In this document: piece after piece, positions 1-8,232 of the stretch
Numbering within the stretch: position 1 is the first letter of the stretch
How the letters are laid out: each line of letters opens with the position of its first letter
Source: an uncultured virus (IMG/VR IMGVR_UViG_2857886120_000002)
Lineage: Duplodnaviria; Heunggongvirae; Uroviricota; Caudoviricetes
Reading direction: 5' to 3' (one strand)
Virus record (IMG/VR): IMGVR_UViG_2857886120_000002
Length of the DNA: 20,000 nt
Program-made: the position numbers and the translations under genes
Notes under the pieces: model-generated
What the model was told of the DNA's origin: nothing
Seen by the model: only the letters and a program-made list of their open reading frames with translations
Database searches by the model: none

Positions 1-116
1 TCGTTATTTAGCTTGGCTAGCATCATTTCGTAAGCGTTGATTGCTCGCAGGTTGTCTGTATTACGCTCCTTTTGAGCGTAATGTTTTTGTAAAAACTTTT
101 GTGCTGGTGATATCAT
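1..116 (-). CDS. M: Terminase small (endonuclease) subunit, P2 gpM-like, N-terminal part only
   Basis: Manual translation MISPAQKFLQKHYAQKERNTDNLRAINAYEMMLAKLNN resembles P2 gpM start (MTSPAQ...YEQMLVKL); lies directly downstream of capsid gene. Confidence 0.85.
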   Translation of the reverse strand, partial: MISPAQKFLQKHYAQKERNTDNLRAINAYEMMLAKLNN

Positions 117-127
117 CTATCTTTCCC

Positions 128-1138
128 TTATCTGACTTCAATATTTTCAATTAAACAACCGGCATCATAACGTTCTACAACAAAGGCTTCGTTGGCAGAT
201 TGGAAGTCTTCAATGCGATCACGTTTAGGGTTATCAATAATTTGACGGCGAGCTGTTTCATTTTGAATATAGATAGCTAAATTGTTAAAGGATGTAATTA
301 GCATTGCTCCTTTAGGGAAGTAGGGCACTCGGTATGCTGGTAATTCACCAATTGATTTTTTAGCAAGTAAGATTTGACCTGCTACTTTTTCGGTGTTCTT
401 ATCTGCTTCGTTAGCAATAGGGAAGTATTTATCATGAAGTAATCCACGACCACAAATAACAACTAGATCGGTGTCTTCTGAATAAACTGGATCGATTAAG
501 TTTTCAACGGCATCATAGACTAATGCGTCAAGGTTTTTATAGTCACCACCGTTGCTGGCAATAATAATTTTACCTGGTGTTACTGTACCTTCGTTCATTA
601 CTCTTTCAGGTGCATCTTCTCGGTAATGTTGTAACCAGCCTTTATTTACATCTTGCAGTAAAGGGTATGTGGTTTTATTGGAAGTTGGTGCACGATGGGT
701 ACCATTAAATCCAATCATAATCCGATCTAATGCTTTTTGTTTAATTAGGGCATCACGCAAAAGGGTTTGAAAGTTCTTTTTGTGGCGCCATGCATCCAAT
801 TTTGCATAACGAATTGATGTATCGTAATTGGTTTGTTCACAACGGTAACTGAATTGGTTTAGATCTGAGATATCTACAGCTTCACGTTCTTGTGCTGTGG
901 TATCGGTTGTACTGGCTGTTGTGCCTGTTACACCAACGCCAACTTTTTCACCTTCTTGGGCATCAACAAATTCAAAGTTAATTTTACTTAAGAATTCAGA
1001 TGATTGTTGGGTGCGTTTTTCTAATGTCTGGTTTACCTCTGGATTGACAGCAAAACTTTCACTGGCATCATCAATGCCATTAAGCTGTGCAATGCGGTGT
1101 TTAAATCCATTAAATAACTTTCGGGTTTCATTTCTCAT
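128..1138 (-). CDS. N: Major capsid protein, P2 gpN family
   Basis: MRNETR start, QQSSEFL, LDRIMIGFNG, PLLQDVNKGWLQ, VPYFP, YDAGCLIENI motifs. Confidence 0.97.
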   Translation of the reverse strand: MRNETRKLFNGFKHRIAQLNGIDDASESFAVNPEVNQTLEKRTQQSSEFLSKINFEFVDAQEGEKVGVGVTGTTASTTDTTAQEREAVDISDLNQFSYRCEQTNYDTSIRYAKLDAWRHKKNFQTLLRDALIKQKALDRIMIGFNGTHRAPTSNKTTYPLLQDVNKGWLQHYREDAPERVMNEGTVTPGKIIIASNGGDYKNLDALVYDAVENLIDPVYSEDTDLVVICGRGLLHDKYFPIANEADKNTEKVAGQILLAKKSIGELPAYRVPYFPKGAMLITSFNNLAIYIQNETARRQIIDNPKRDRIEDFQSANEAFVVERYDAGCLIENIEVR

Positions 1139-1200
1139 TATGGGTTTCCTAATTCGGTTAATCTTATTTGTTTGTTATCGTTGGTTTTAATCGTCTGCTT

Positions 1201-2040
1201 TTAGCAGTCGGTTTCAATATCCATGGAGCCGCCCGCCGAAATTGGACGTTCTGGCGATTCAGGAAGTTCACTCAATAGCTCGACAAGCTCAGTATTTTGT
1301 TTTTTTACTTTGGTAAGTTCGTTGGTTAATTCAACAATTTTGGCATCAAGATTAGTAAAGCGTTCAGTTGTCGCTGTTGCGAACTGTTCGATAATCTCAC
1401 CAAGTTGTACAAACTTAGTAGAGTCTTTTTCTGATTTACTTTTAAATAAACCTGTTAGGCGATCTAACATGGCACTAAAAGCGGTATCACTTTGGGGATC
1501 CACCTCTTCAAAGTCGATCACTGTTTCTTCGGCAACGGTGAAAAGGTTATTTGGTGATTGTTTACGGCTAGCTAACGGGTTAACGCTTGCTTTTGCACTG
1601 AACTCTAAAAATTCGGTACCAAGGCTTGCAGGGTCGTCAGTGACAGCAAGACCAACAAGGTAAGCTTTGCCTGTGTCAGCAAATTCGGCATTAACTTCAA
1701 TAGAGGTATAAACTTTTTGCTTAGCTTTATTAAGCTCAATGAGTTCATCAGTTGGTTCAATTTGTGCAAGTAATGCTAGCTTTCCTGCTAATGGACCGGT
1801 TTTGATTTCTTCGGCTCGTAATGCTAATACATCGCCATAGCGTTTAAATTGGCTATCAGGTGAATAACCTTTGATATGTTCCAAATTGATACGTGCACCA
1901 TAAACATCACGATTATAATTTTCTGCCATTTGCTCGATCCATTCTTTTTGGATCTTACGGCCGTCGGTGGTAGCACCTTCGACCGCAACACGAAACCATT
2001 TTGATTTAATTTTTTTTGACTTTTTAACTTCTGTGCCCAT
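1201..2040 (-). CDS. O: Capsid scaffolding protein/protease, P2 gpO family (probable start 2040, not 2154)
   Basis: SKWFRVAVEGATTDGR, YGARINLEH, YLVGLAVTDDPASLGTE, C-terminal TDC. Confidence 0.95.
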   Translation of the reverse strand: MGTEVKKSKKIKSKWFRVAVEGATTDGRKIQKEWIEQMAENYNRDVYGARINLEHIKGYSPDSQFKRYGDVLALRAEEIKTGPLAGKLALLAQIEPTDELIELNKAKQKVYTSIEVNAEFADTGKAYLVGLAVTDDPASLGTEFLEFSAKASVNPLASRKQSPNNLFTVAEETVIDFEEVDPQSDTAFSAMLDRLTGLFKSKSEKDSTKFVQLGEIIEQFATATTERFTNLDAKIVELTNELTKVKKQNTELVELLSELPESPERPISAGGSMDIETDC

Positions 2041-2110
2041 TGTTGTAATCCTTAGCTGATTGTTTTGCCTTATGTTGAATTGACAAACAAAAGAGAGCAA
2101 TTGGGGCAAC

Positions 2111-2131
2111 TTGTAAATTAGAGTTTTACAA
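2111..2131. promoter_or_regulatory. Candidate Ogr-family late-activator site in the divergent O/P promoter region
   Basis: Palindrome TTGTAAA-N7-TTTACAA midway between O and P starts; P2 consensus is TGT-N12-ACA, here N13. Confidence 0.5.
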
Positions 2132-2191
2132 CCAGAACAAACATAAAAAAACAAAAATCATAGGTAAATTGGCGTTACTAAAGGAGAACAC

Positions 2192-3973
2192 ATGGTAAAC
2201 GTCAATTTATTAGATCATTTAATTAGCGATAATACCGATCCAAGAAAAGCGGCCAGATCGCTGTATTGGGCTGGGTATCGTATTAGCCGTATTTCTGAAT
2301 TGTTGAATGAAAATATTAATACTATCCATAGCTGGAAACGGCGTGATAGGTGGGATGAGTCAACCGTATTGGATAGGGTTAACGGCGTTCTTGAAGCGCA
2401 ATTAATCCATCTTGTTATCAAGCCAAATAAAGAAGGCAAAGATTTTAAAGAGATTGATTTACTTAGCCGTCAGCTAGAACGTACAGCCAGAATTGAAAAA
2501 TATCAAAACGGCGGTAATGAAGTTGATTTAAACCCTAATATTGCCAACCGTAATGCCAAGCCGAAGCAAAAGCCTAAAACCAATCTTTTAACTGATGAGC
2601 AGATCGAAAAAATTAACGAACTATTTAATGATGGCTTATATGAGCATCAAAAAGTTTGGTATCGGGCTGGTATGCAAAATCGCATTAGAAACATAAATAA
2701 ATCACGCCAAATTGGGGCAACTATGTTTTTTGCGCAGGAAGGGGCGGTTGATGCTGTGAATACTGGGCGTAATCAGATATTTTTATCCGCATCAAAATCA
2801 CAAGCATTTCAATTTCGGCAATATATTATTGATTTTTTCCACGGTATCGATATGGATCTGAAAGGGGAAGTTATCCACTTTCCGCATAATGACGCTCGCC
2901 TTTACTTTTTAGGTACCAACTCTAAAACGGCACAAAGTTATCATGGTAATTTATATCTGGATGAATATTTTTGGATTAATAAATTTTTAGAATTGCGTAA
3001 AGTTGCATCTGGTATGTCGAGCCAAAAACGTTGGCGACAAACTTACTTTTCAACGCCTTCCAGCATTAATCATGAAGCGTATAAATTCTGGACTGGCGAG
3101 CTATTTAATAAGGGACGTAGAAAAGAGCAACGTATTAATGTTGATATTTCTCATCAAGCTTTAAAAAATGGCAAATTATGTGCTGATGGACAATGGCGGC
3201 AGATTGTTACTATTGAAGATGCCGAGCAATTGGGATTTGATTTATTCGATATTAATCAACTAAAACTAGAATATAGCCCCGATGAGTTCGCTAATTTATT
3301 TTTATGTAATTTTATTGATGATTCATCATCAGTTTTTCCGCTATCGAGTTTACAACCGTGTATGGTCGATTCTTGGGATATTTGGGATGATTATAAGCCA
3401 TTTGCAATGCGCCCACTTGGTGAGCGGCCAGTATGGATCGGCTATGACCCGTCACATACGGGTGATAGTGCTGGGTGCGTTGTTGTTTCACCGCCATTGG
3501 TTGAGGGTGGAAAATTCCGAGTCATTGAAAAGCATCAATGGACAGGTATGGACTTTGCCACACAAGCCGAAGCCATTCGAAAAATGACCGAACGCTATAA
3601 CGTTACCTACATTGGTATAGATGCCACCGGGCTAGGTGAGGGTGTTTATCAGTTAGTTAAGCAATTTTATCCTGCTGTAGTGGCATTTAAATATTCAATT
3701 GAGATTAAACAAAGGCTAATTTTAAAAATGCAAGATGTGATCAGGCGTCAGCGTTTAGAGTTTGATGCAGGTTGGACAGACTTAGCCCAATCATTTATGG
3801 CAATTCGAAAGACATTAACGGCCAGTCAACGTTATGTAACGTATGTGGCTGATCGTAATGAAGATGTATCACATGCCGATATTGCATGGGCAACCATGCA
3901 CGCAATTTATAACGAACCGCTAGAAAGTATTAGCGGAGCTAACAGCAACAGCGGATTTATGGGAGTATTTTAG
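2192..3973 (+). CDS. P: Terminase ATPase subunit, P2 gpP family
   Basis: SWKRRDRWD, KSRQIGAT (Walker A), LYLDEYFW (Walker B), STPSS, GYDPS, SHADIAWA. Confidence 0.97.
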   Translation: MVNVNLLDHLISDNTDPRKAARSLYWAGYRISRISELLNENINTIHSWKRRDRWDESTVLDRVNGVLEAQLIHLVIKPNKEGKDFKEIDLLSRQLERTARIEKYQNGGNEVDLNPNIANRNAKPKQKPKTNLLTDEQIEKINELFNDGLYEHQKVWYRAGMQNRIRNINKSRQIGATMFFAQEGAVDAVNTGRNQIFLSASKSQAFQFRQYIIDFFHGIDMDLKGEVIHFPHNDARLYFLGTNSKTAQSYHGNLYLDEYFWINKFLELRKVASGMSSQKRWRQTYFSTPSSINHEAYKFWTGELFNKGRRKEQRINVDISHQALKNGKLCADGQWRQIVTIEDAEQLGFDLFDINQLKLEYSPDEFANLFLCNFIDDSSSVFPLSSLQPCMVDSWDIWDDYKPFAMRPLGERPVWIGYDPSHTGDSAGCVVVSPPLVEGGKFRVIEKHQWTGMDFATQAEAIRKMTERYNVTYIGIDATGLGEGVYQLVKQFYPAVVAFKYSIEIKQRLILKMQDVIRRQRLEFDAGWTDLAQSFMAIRKTLTASQRYVTYVADRNEDVSHADIAWATMHAIYNEPLESISGANSNSGFMGVF

Positions 3974-3975
3974 TC

Positions 3976-4962
3976 ATGACAGAATTAACACAACAAAAAG
4001 AAAAAGTAGAGTGTTTTACATTTGGCGATCGTGAGCCTTTAGCCGATGCCAAAGACTTATTAAGTTATTTACAATGCACATCGTGCGGCAATTGGTATGA
4101 ACCGCCAGTTAATTTTGATACGCTAGCCAATACCTTTAGTTCATCGTCATATCATAGCAGCCCGATATACGTTAAACGAAATATCTTAACCAGTACTTTT
4201 ATTCCTCATAAATACTTATCACGTCAGGCATTCGAACGCATTGCTAATGATTTTTTAATATTGGGTAACTGCTATCTCGAAAAACGAACAAATATGCTAA
4301 AGCAAACCGAGGGGCTAAAACCAACACTGGCGAAATACACACGGCGAGGTGTTGAAGAAAACGAATATTGGTATATTGATAAATATTGGGAAGAACATAA
4401 ATTTAAAAAAGGTTCAGTTTGGCATATGCTAGCACCTGATATAAATCAAGAGATTTACGGATTACCTGAATATTTAGCCGCCATTAATTCGGTTTGGCTT
4501 GATAACTCGGCTACCGTATTCCGTCAACGTTATTATAAAAATGGTTCGCATGCAGGGTTTATTTTATATTTGTCTAATCCATCACATAACGAAAAAGATA
4601 TTGAAGAATTAAAGAAAGCATTGCAAAGCAGCCGTGGACCAGGCAACTTCCGCAATTTGCTCATGTACTCACCAAACGGTAAGCCAGATGGATTAAAACT
4701 GATACCCGTTGGAGAAGTGGCCGCTAAAGATAATTTTGCAGATATCAAATCAGTTAGCCAAGATGATATTTTGACAGCGCACCGAGTTCCACCGTCACTG
4801 ATGGGAATTACTCCAAAAAATACGGGTGGATTTGGTGATCCTGAAAAAGCCTCTAAAGTGTTTGCTCGTAATGAAATTAAACCGTTGCAAGATAGGTTTT
4901 TACAGCTTAATGACTGGATGGGTGAGGAGGTAGTTAAATTTAATCCATATCTGCTTGAATAA
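3976..4962 (+). CDS. Q: Portal protein, P2 gpQ/PBSX family
   Basis: FTFGD, WYEPPV, INQEIYGLPEY, YYKNGSHAGFI, GPGNFRNL, AHRVPP, GGFGD. Confidence 0.97.
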   Translation: MTELTQQKEKVECFTFGDREPLADAKDLLSYLQCTSCGNWYEPPVNFDTLANTFSSSSYHSSPIYVKRNILTSTFIPHKYLSRQAFERIANDFLILGNCYLEKRTNMLKQTEGLKPTLAKYTRRGVEENEYWYIDKYWEEHKFKKGSVWHMLAPDINQEIYGLPEYLAAINSVWLDNSATVFRQRYYKNGSHAGFILYLSNPSHNEKDIEELKKALQSSRGPGNFRNLLMYSPNGKPDGLKLIPVGEVAAKDNFADIKSVSQDDILTAHRVPPSLMGITPKNTGGFGDPEKASKVFARNEIKPLQDRFLQLNDWMGEEVVKFNPYLLE

Positions 4963-5020
4963 AAATAAACAAAAATGTTTATTTTTAGATTGAAATAATA
5001 AACATTTTTGTTTATTATTT
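4961..5020 (+). promoter_or_regulatory. hicAB promoter with two palindromic operators
   Basis: TTGAAA(4990-4995)-N17-TATTAT(5013-5018); palindromes AAAAATAAACA-N4-TGTTTATTTTT (4961-4986) and AAATAATAAACA-N4-TGTTTATTATTT (4993-5020). Confidence 0.75.
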
Positions 5021-5048
5021 AACTGTCTTAAAACAGCACGGAGCAATA

Positions 5049-5225
5049 ATGAAACAAAGTGAGTTTTTAAGATGGTTAGTTGCTCAAGGTGTTGAAGTAA
5101 AGCAAGGAAGTAATCACCTGAAACTTTATTACAACGGAAAGCAATCAACAATGCCAAGACATCCTAGCAAGGAGTTAAAAAACGGTACAATGATAGCAAT
5201 CAAAAAGCAACTAAATCTAAAATAA
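5049..5225 (+). CDS. hicA: HicA toxin (mRNA interferase), 58 aa; absent from the ORF track
   Basis: MKQSEFLRWLVAQGVEVKQGSNHLKLYYNGKQSTMPRHPSKELKNGTMIAIKKQLNLK closely resembles E. coli HicA (MKQSEF..GSNHLKL..MPRHP); GGAG RBS. Confidence 0.93.
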   Translation: MKQSEFLRWLVAQGVEVKQGSNHLKLYYNGKQSTMPRHPSKELKNGTMIAIKKQLNLK

Positions 5226-5227
5226 CT

Positions 5228-5254
5228 AAAGCCCTCGTAAGGGGGCTTTTCTTT
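5228..5254 (+). terminator. Terminator-like hairpin between hicA and hicB
   Basis: AAAGCCCTC-GTAA-GGGGGCTTT followed by TCTTT. Confidence 0.5.
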
Positions 5255-5267
5255 AAAAGAGGTTATT

Positions 5268-5681
5268 ATGTTTTATCCTGCAAAACTAACTAAAGAAGAT
5301 GATGGCTATACAGTAACATTTAGGGATATTCCTGAAGCAATTACTTGTGGTGATGATTTGCAAGATGCGTTAGATATGGCTCAAGATGCATTAGTAACAA
5401 GTATGGATTTTTATTTTGAAGATCATCGCACCGTTCCATTACCAAGTAAGGCTAAAAAAGGGGAATATTTAATTGAATTACCCGTGAGTATTTTTGCCAA
5501 AGTGCTTTTACTTAATGAAATGGTTGAACAGAATATTTCTAACGTCGAGCTAGCAAAACGTATTCACGTAAAACCTCAAGAAGTGCAACGTATTGTTAAT
5601 TTAGAGCATGCAACAAAAATCGATACGATCAGTAAAGCATTGTCTGCTTTGGGTAAGCGTCTTGAATTAAATGTAGCTTGA
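5268..5681 (+). CDS. hicB: HicB antitoxin with C-terminal HTH
   Basis: YTVTFRDIPEAITCG, KVLLLNEM, QEVQRIVNLEHATKIDT, ALGKRL; downstream of hicA. Confidence 0.93.
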   Translation: MFYPAKLTKEDDGYTVTFRDIPEAITCGDDLQDALDMAQDALVTSMDFYFEDHRTVPLPSKAKKGEYLIELPVSIFAKVLLLNEMVEQNISNVELAKRIHVKPQEVQRIVNLEHATKIDTISKALSALGKRLELNVA

Positions 5682-5705
5682 CTTAATCACATAATCAAAC
5701 AAATG

Positions 5706-5730
5706 AAAGCTCCGAAAGGGGCTTTTTTTT
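5706..5730 (+). terminator. Intrinsic terminator after hicB
   Basis: AAAGCTCC-GAAA-GGGGCTTT plus T run. Confidence 0.85.
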
Positions 5731-5920
5731 GTTATTAACATATATATACAATTCAGCTAACTAAATGTAATATTTAAAAATTTAATTTTAACTATAAAGC
5801 GCATAGAGAAGCGATTTTTATTTTACACATAGCTGTTCACAGATTTTGAGAACGCTTTACTATGAGCGTTTTTGGTGGGTTATATTTGATTTTTTGATCT
5901 GACCCTAGCTAAAAGTTATT

Positions 5921-5985
5921 GCGCCAGAGAAACCCCACGTCACCCCCACGTTAAAAGTGTGGGAAATTGTGCAAAGTTGCAAACA
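5921..5985. other. Candidate cos packaging site (19-nt core about 5926-5944)
   Basis: GC-rich island downstream of Q; AGAGAAACCCCACGTCACC aligns with P2 cos GTGCTTTCCCCGCCTCGCC (CCCC, TC and terminal CC conserved), flanked by GCGC and GTGCAAAGTTGCA. Confidence 0.6.
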
Positions 5986-5988
5986 TCA

Positions 5989-6014
5989 CAAAAGAAGCCC
6001 TAGTATAAGGGCTT
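5989..6014 (-). terminator. Probable terminator of the R-M operon
   Basis: Minus strand AAGCCCT-TATACT-AGGGCTT-CTTTTG, about 55 nt after the MTase stop. Confidence 0.55.
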
Positions 6015-6069
6015 TAGCGATCCGTGATTCTTTTTAGATCTTTCATTTTCGTGCAGTGTAGGTGTGCAT

Positions 6070-6990
6070 TTACTTTTGCATTGCTAGTATCATATTTTTT
6101 GCAATAGCTCTTATTACTGGAACGCATACACTATTTCCGAATTGTTTGTATGCTTGTACATCAGATACGGGGATTTTAAAATTTTCAGGAAATCCTTGTA
6201 ATCTTGCTGCTTCTCTAGGTGTTAATTTCCTAGGATTTTTATTTTTTTGCTCGATTAAAATTTCACTTCCATCTTTATAATACCTAGCAGAAATTGTATT
6301 AGTATATTCGGAATCAAAATTGACGAGGCTATAACCAAATCCTTTACCTTTGGCTTTATTTTCAATTTTTCGCCTCTGATGTCCAGCCCACAGTCTATCG
6401 GAAATAGTGTATTTTTGATCAACATTCTTTTCCAAGATATCACCAACTTTTGTCGGTTTATTCAGCGGTTCAGGAAAAGAGAATTGAACTGCATGGTCAA
6501 GAAAACCAATGATATAAATTCGTTCTCTATTCTGAGGAATGCCAAAATCTCTAGCTTTTAAAACATCATAATAGACTTTATAACCGGCCTGTTCTAAATG
6601 CATCAGAATAGTTTTTAATGTATTACCTTTGTCATGTCCTTTTAGTTGCTTTACATTTTCTAGCAAGAAAGCTTTAGGTTTTCGTTTAAGTAAAATACGT
6701 TCGATATCAAAAAACAACGTTCCTCTTGTATCTGAGAAACCTTTTTTTAGTCCAGCTTGAGAAAATGGCTGACAGGGAAAACCTGCTAATAAAATATCAT
6801 GCTCAGGAATATCCTCTTCACTAATCATGGTTATATCACCAAAAATATTTTCATTACCATGATTTTCAACATATGTTTTTATAGCATGCTGATCTATTTC
6901 TGATGTAAATACGCATTCAATATTATTAGATGCCAACTCAAAACCTAAACGTATGCCACCAATACCGGCGAATAAATCTATAATTTTCAT
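6070..6990 (-). CDS. C5-cytosine DNA methyltransferase, SsoII/EcoRII/Dcm-like
   Basis: DLFAGIGG, GFPCQPFS, ENVK, PQNRERIY, TRD TISARYYKDGSEILI, YKQFGNSV. Confidence 0.95.
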   Translation of the reverse strand: MKIIDLFAGIGGIRLGFELASNNIECVFTSEIDQHAIKTYVENHGNENIFGDITMISEEDIPEHDILLAGFPCQPFSQAGLKKGFSDTRGTLFFDIERILLKRKPKAFLLENVKQLKGHDKGNTLKTILMHLEQAGYKVYYDVLKARDFGIPQNRERIYIIGFLDHAVQFSFPEPLNKPTKVGDILEKNVDQKYTISDRLWAGHQRRKIENKAKGKGFGYSLVNFDSEYTNTISARYYKDGSEILIEQKNKNPRKLTPREAARLQGFPENFKIPVSDVQAYKQFGNSVCVPVIRAIAKNMILAMQK

Positions 6991-6995
6991 AAAAT

Positions 6996-7892
6996 TTAAT
7001 TATCAATCCAATAACTTAATACACTAGGGATGTCCCTGTTGAAGTAAGTTTCAAAATCTATAACATTATGTCTAGATGCTAATTTTTTAGATATTTTGAC
7101 AGAATTTAAAACAACAATAATAATATTATGTTGTCCCATTTGTTCTGCTTTGCTTTCAGAAATATCATCGTCAACAGTTAATAAATAAATATTTGGCAAA
7201 TTAGAACGTTGAATTTCTTCAACTACTTCTTGCCAACGTTCCCTTAAAGTTGTTTTCATTGACCCGACGATAGTTCTATTTCTTAATTTTTTAAATGCCT
7301 CAACGCTTGGAAGAATGGAATCAACGACTTTACCTAATCCAAGATTATCAAAGGCTTTTTTACCAATATTAGCTTGTGACTCAAAAGAATATCCAAAATA
7401 ATCGTATAATGAATAAATTATACCTTCAAATACTTTTCCTGCACGAGATCTTCTTGATTGTGTGTTACTTAAGCAAAGCTGATAAATATATGGACTTATA
7501 TAACCAGAATAAACACCAAATAACTGATTTAAGCGAGTATAAAAATCCTCTTTTGACACACCAGATAGTGTTAATAATTCATCACTAATTTTATTTAATA
7601 AATTTTTAGGAGCATCAAAAATATTAGCAATTTCCTTCAAAATTTCGCCATTAAAAATTGATTCTTGTTTTAAAAATTCATCGTAAGATAATTCTCTCAA
7701 CTGTACAATTGCCTCTGAAATTCTTCCATTTTCAAGCAATTTATTTATAAAATCATGGTGGTTATTTCTTGCAATCGTAGTTGTTTCTTTTGGTGGAAGA
7801 ATCAATTCTTTTCTTTTTGCTTTAATAAATTCTGAAAAACGTTTTTCTTCATCTTTGGGTAACCGAATTAGCGGAGTAAAATTATTAATCAT
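6996..7892 (-). CDS. Type II restriction endonuclease, Ecl18kI/SsoII (EcoRII-C) family, probably CCNGG or CCWGG
   Basis: LSNTQSRRSRAGKVFE, GKVVD and KTTLRERWQEV match recalled Ecl18kI motifs; adjacent to a cognate-type MTase. Confidence 0.88.
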   Translation of the reverse strand: MINNFTPLIRLPKDEEKRFSEFIKAKRKELILPPKETTTIARNNHHDFINKLLENGRISEAIVQLRELSYDEFLKQESIFNGEILKEIANIFDAPKNLLNKISDELLTLSGVSKEDFYTRLNQLFGVYSGYISPYIYQLCLSNTQSRRSRAGKVFEGIIYSLYDYFGYSFESQANIGKKAFDNLGLGKVVDSILPSVEAFKKLRNRTIVGSMKTTLRERWQEVVEEIQRSNLPNIYLLTVDDDISESKAEQMGQHNIIIVVLNSVKISKKLASRHNVIDFETYFNRDIPSVLSYWIDN

Positions 7893-7937
7893 TTTTTGCC
7901 TATAAGATAAAAATAGTCGGACAATATTACAGTAAAT

Positions 7938-8111
7938 TTAATTTTTTATCTCGTTATTATTAGTGACAAATTCTTTTAAAGGTTCCAATAAATCACGAAT
8001 CCAAAATAGTGTGATATCTTTATCACGCTCTGTTAGATGTTCGGATTCTGTTACAACACGGATAAGTAATTCAGCTCTCTCTACTTTTTTTGCTTTTTCT
8101 AATTCGTCCAT
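7938..8111 (-). CDS. tum: Tum(A)-like SOS-inducible antirepressor, 57 aa (start 8111)
   Basis: VERAELLIRV..ERDKDITLFWIRDL resembles phage 186 Tum N-terminus (IERVEMIARL..ERDREIALNLI); GAGGT RBS; LexA boxes upstream; located after A. Confidence 0.75.
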   Translation of the reverse strand: MDELEKAKKVERAELLIRVVTESEHLTERDKDITLFWIRDLLEPLKEFVTNNNEIKN

Positions 8112-8124
8112 TTCTAATACCTCA

Positions 8125-8153
8125 CTGTTTTTATATACAGTATATTTATACAG
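8125..8153 (-). promoter_or_regulatory. Overlapping LexA (SOS) boxes
   Basis: CTGTTTTTATATACAG (8125-8140, perfect CTGT-N8-ACAG) overlapping CAGTATATTTATACAG (8138-8153, one mismatch). Confidence 0.85.
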
Positions 8154-8232
8154 TAATTTTTTAGCAAGAAAAAAGTAAAAAAATGTGATCAATGTCTAGT
8201 TGCATGATTTTATTACATAAAACAATATAAAG

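Noticed and set aside
897..1663. + strand ORFs 897..1190 and 1223..1663
   Set aside because: Antisense shadows of N and O
2215..5157. ORFs 2215..2439, 3282..3587, 3312..3497, 4533..4748, 4900..5157
   Set aside because: Overlap P, Q or hicA on other frames or strands with no recognisable motifs
6062..8178. ORFs 6062..6280, 6255..6446, 6379..6561, 7376..7588, 7963..8178
   Set aside because: Shadows of the MTase, REase and tum genes
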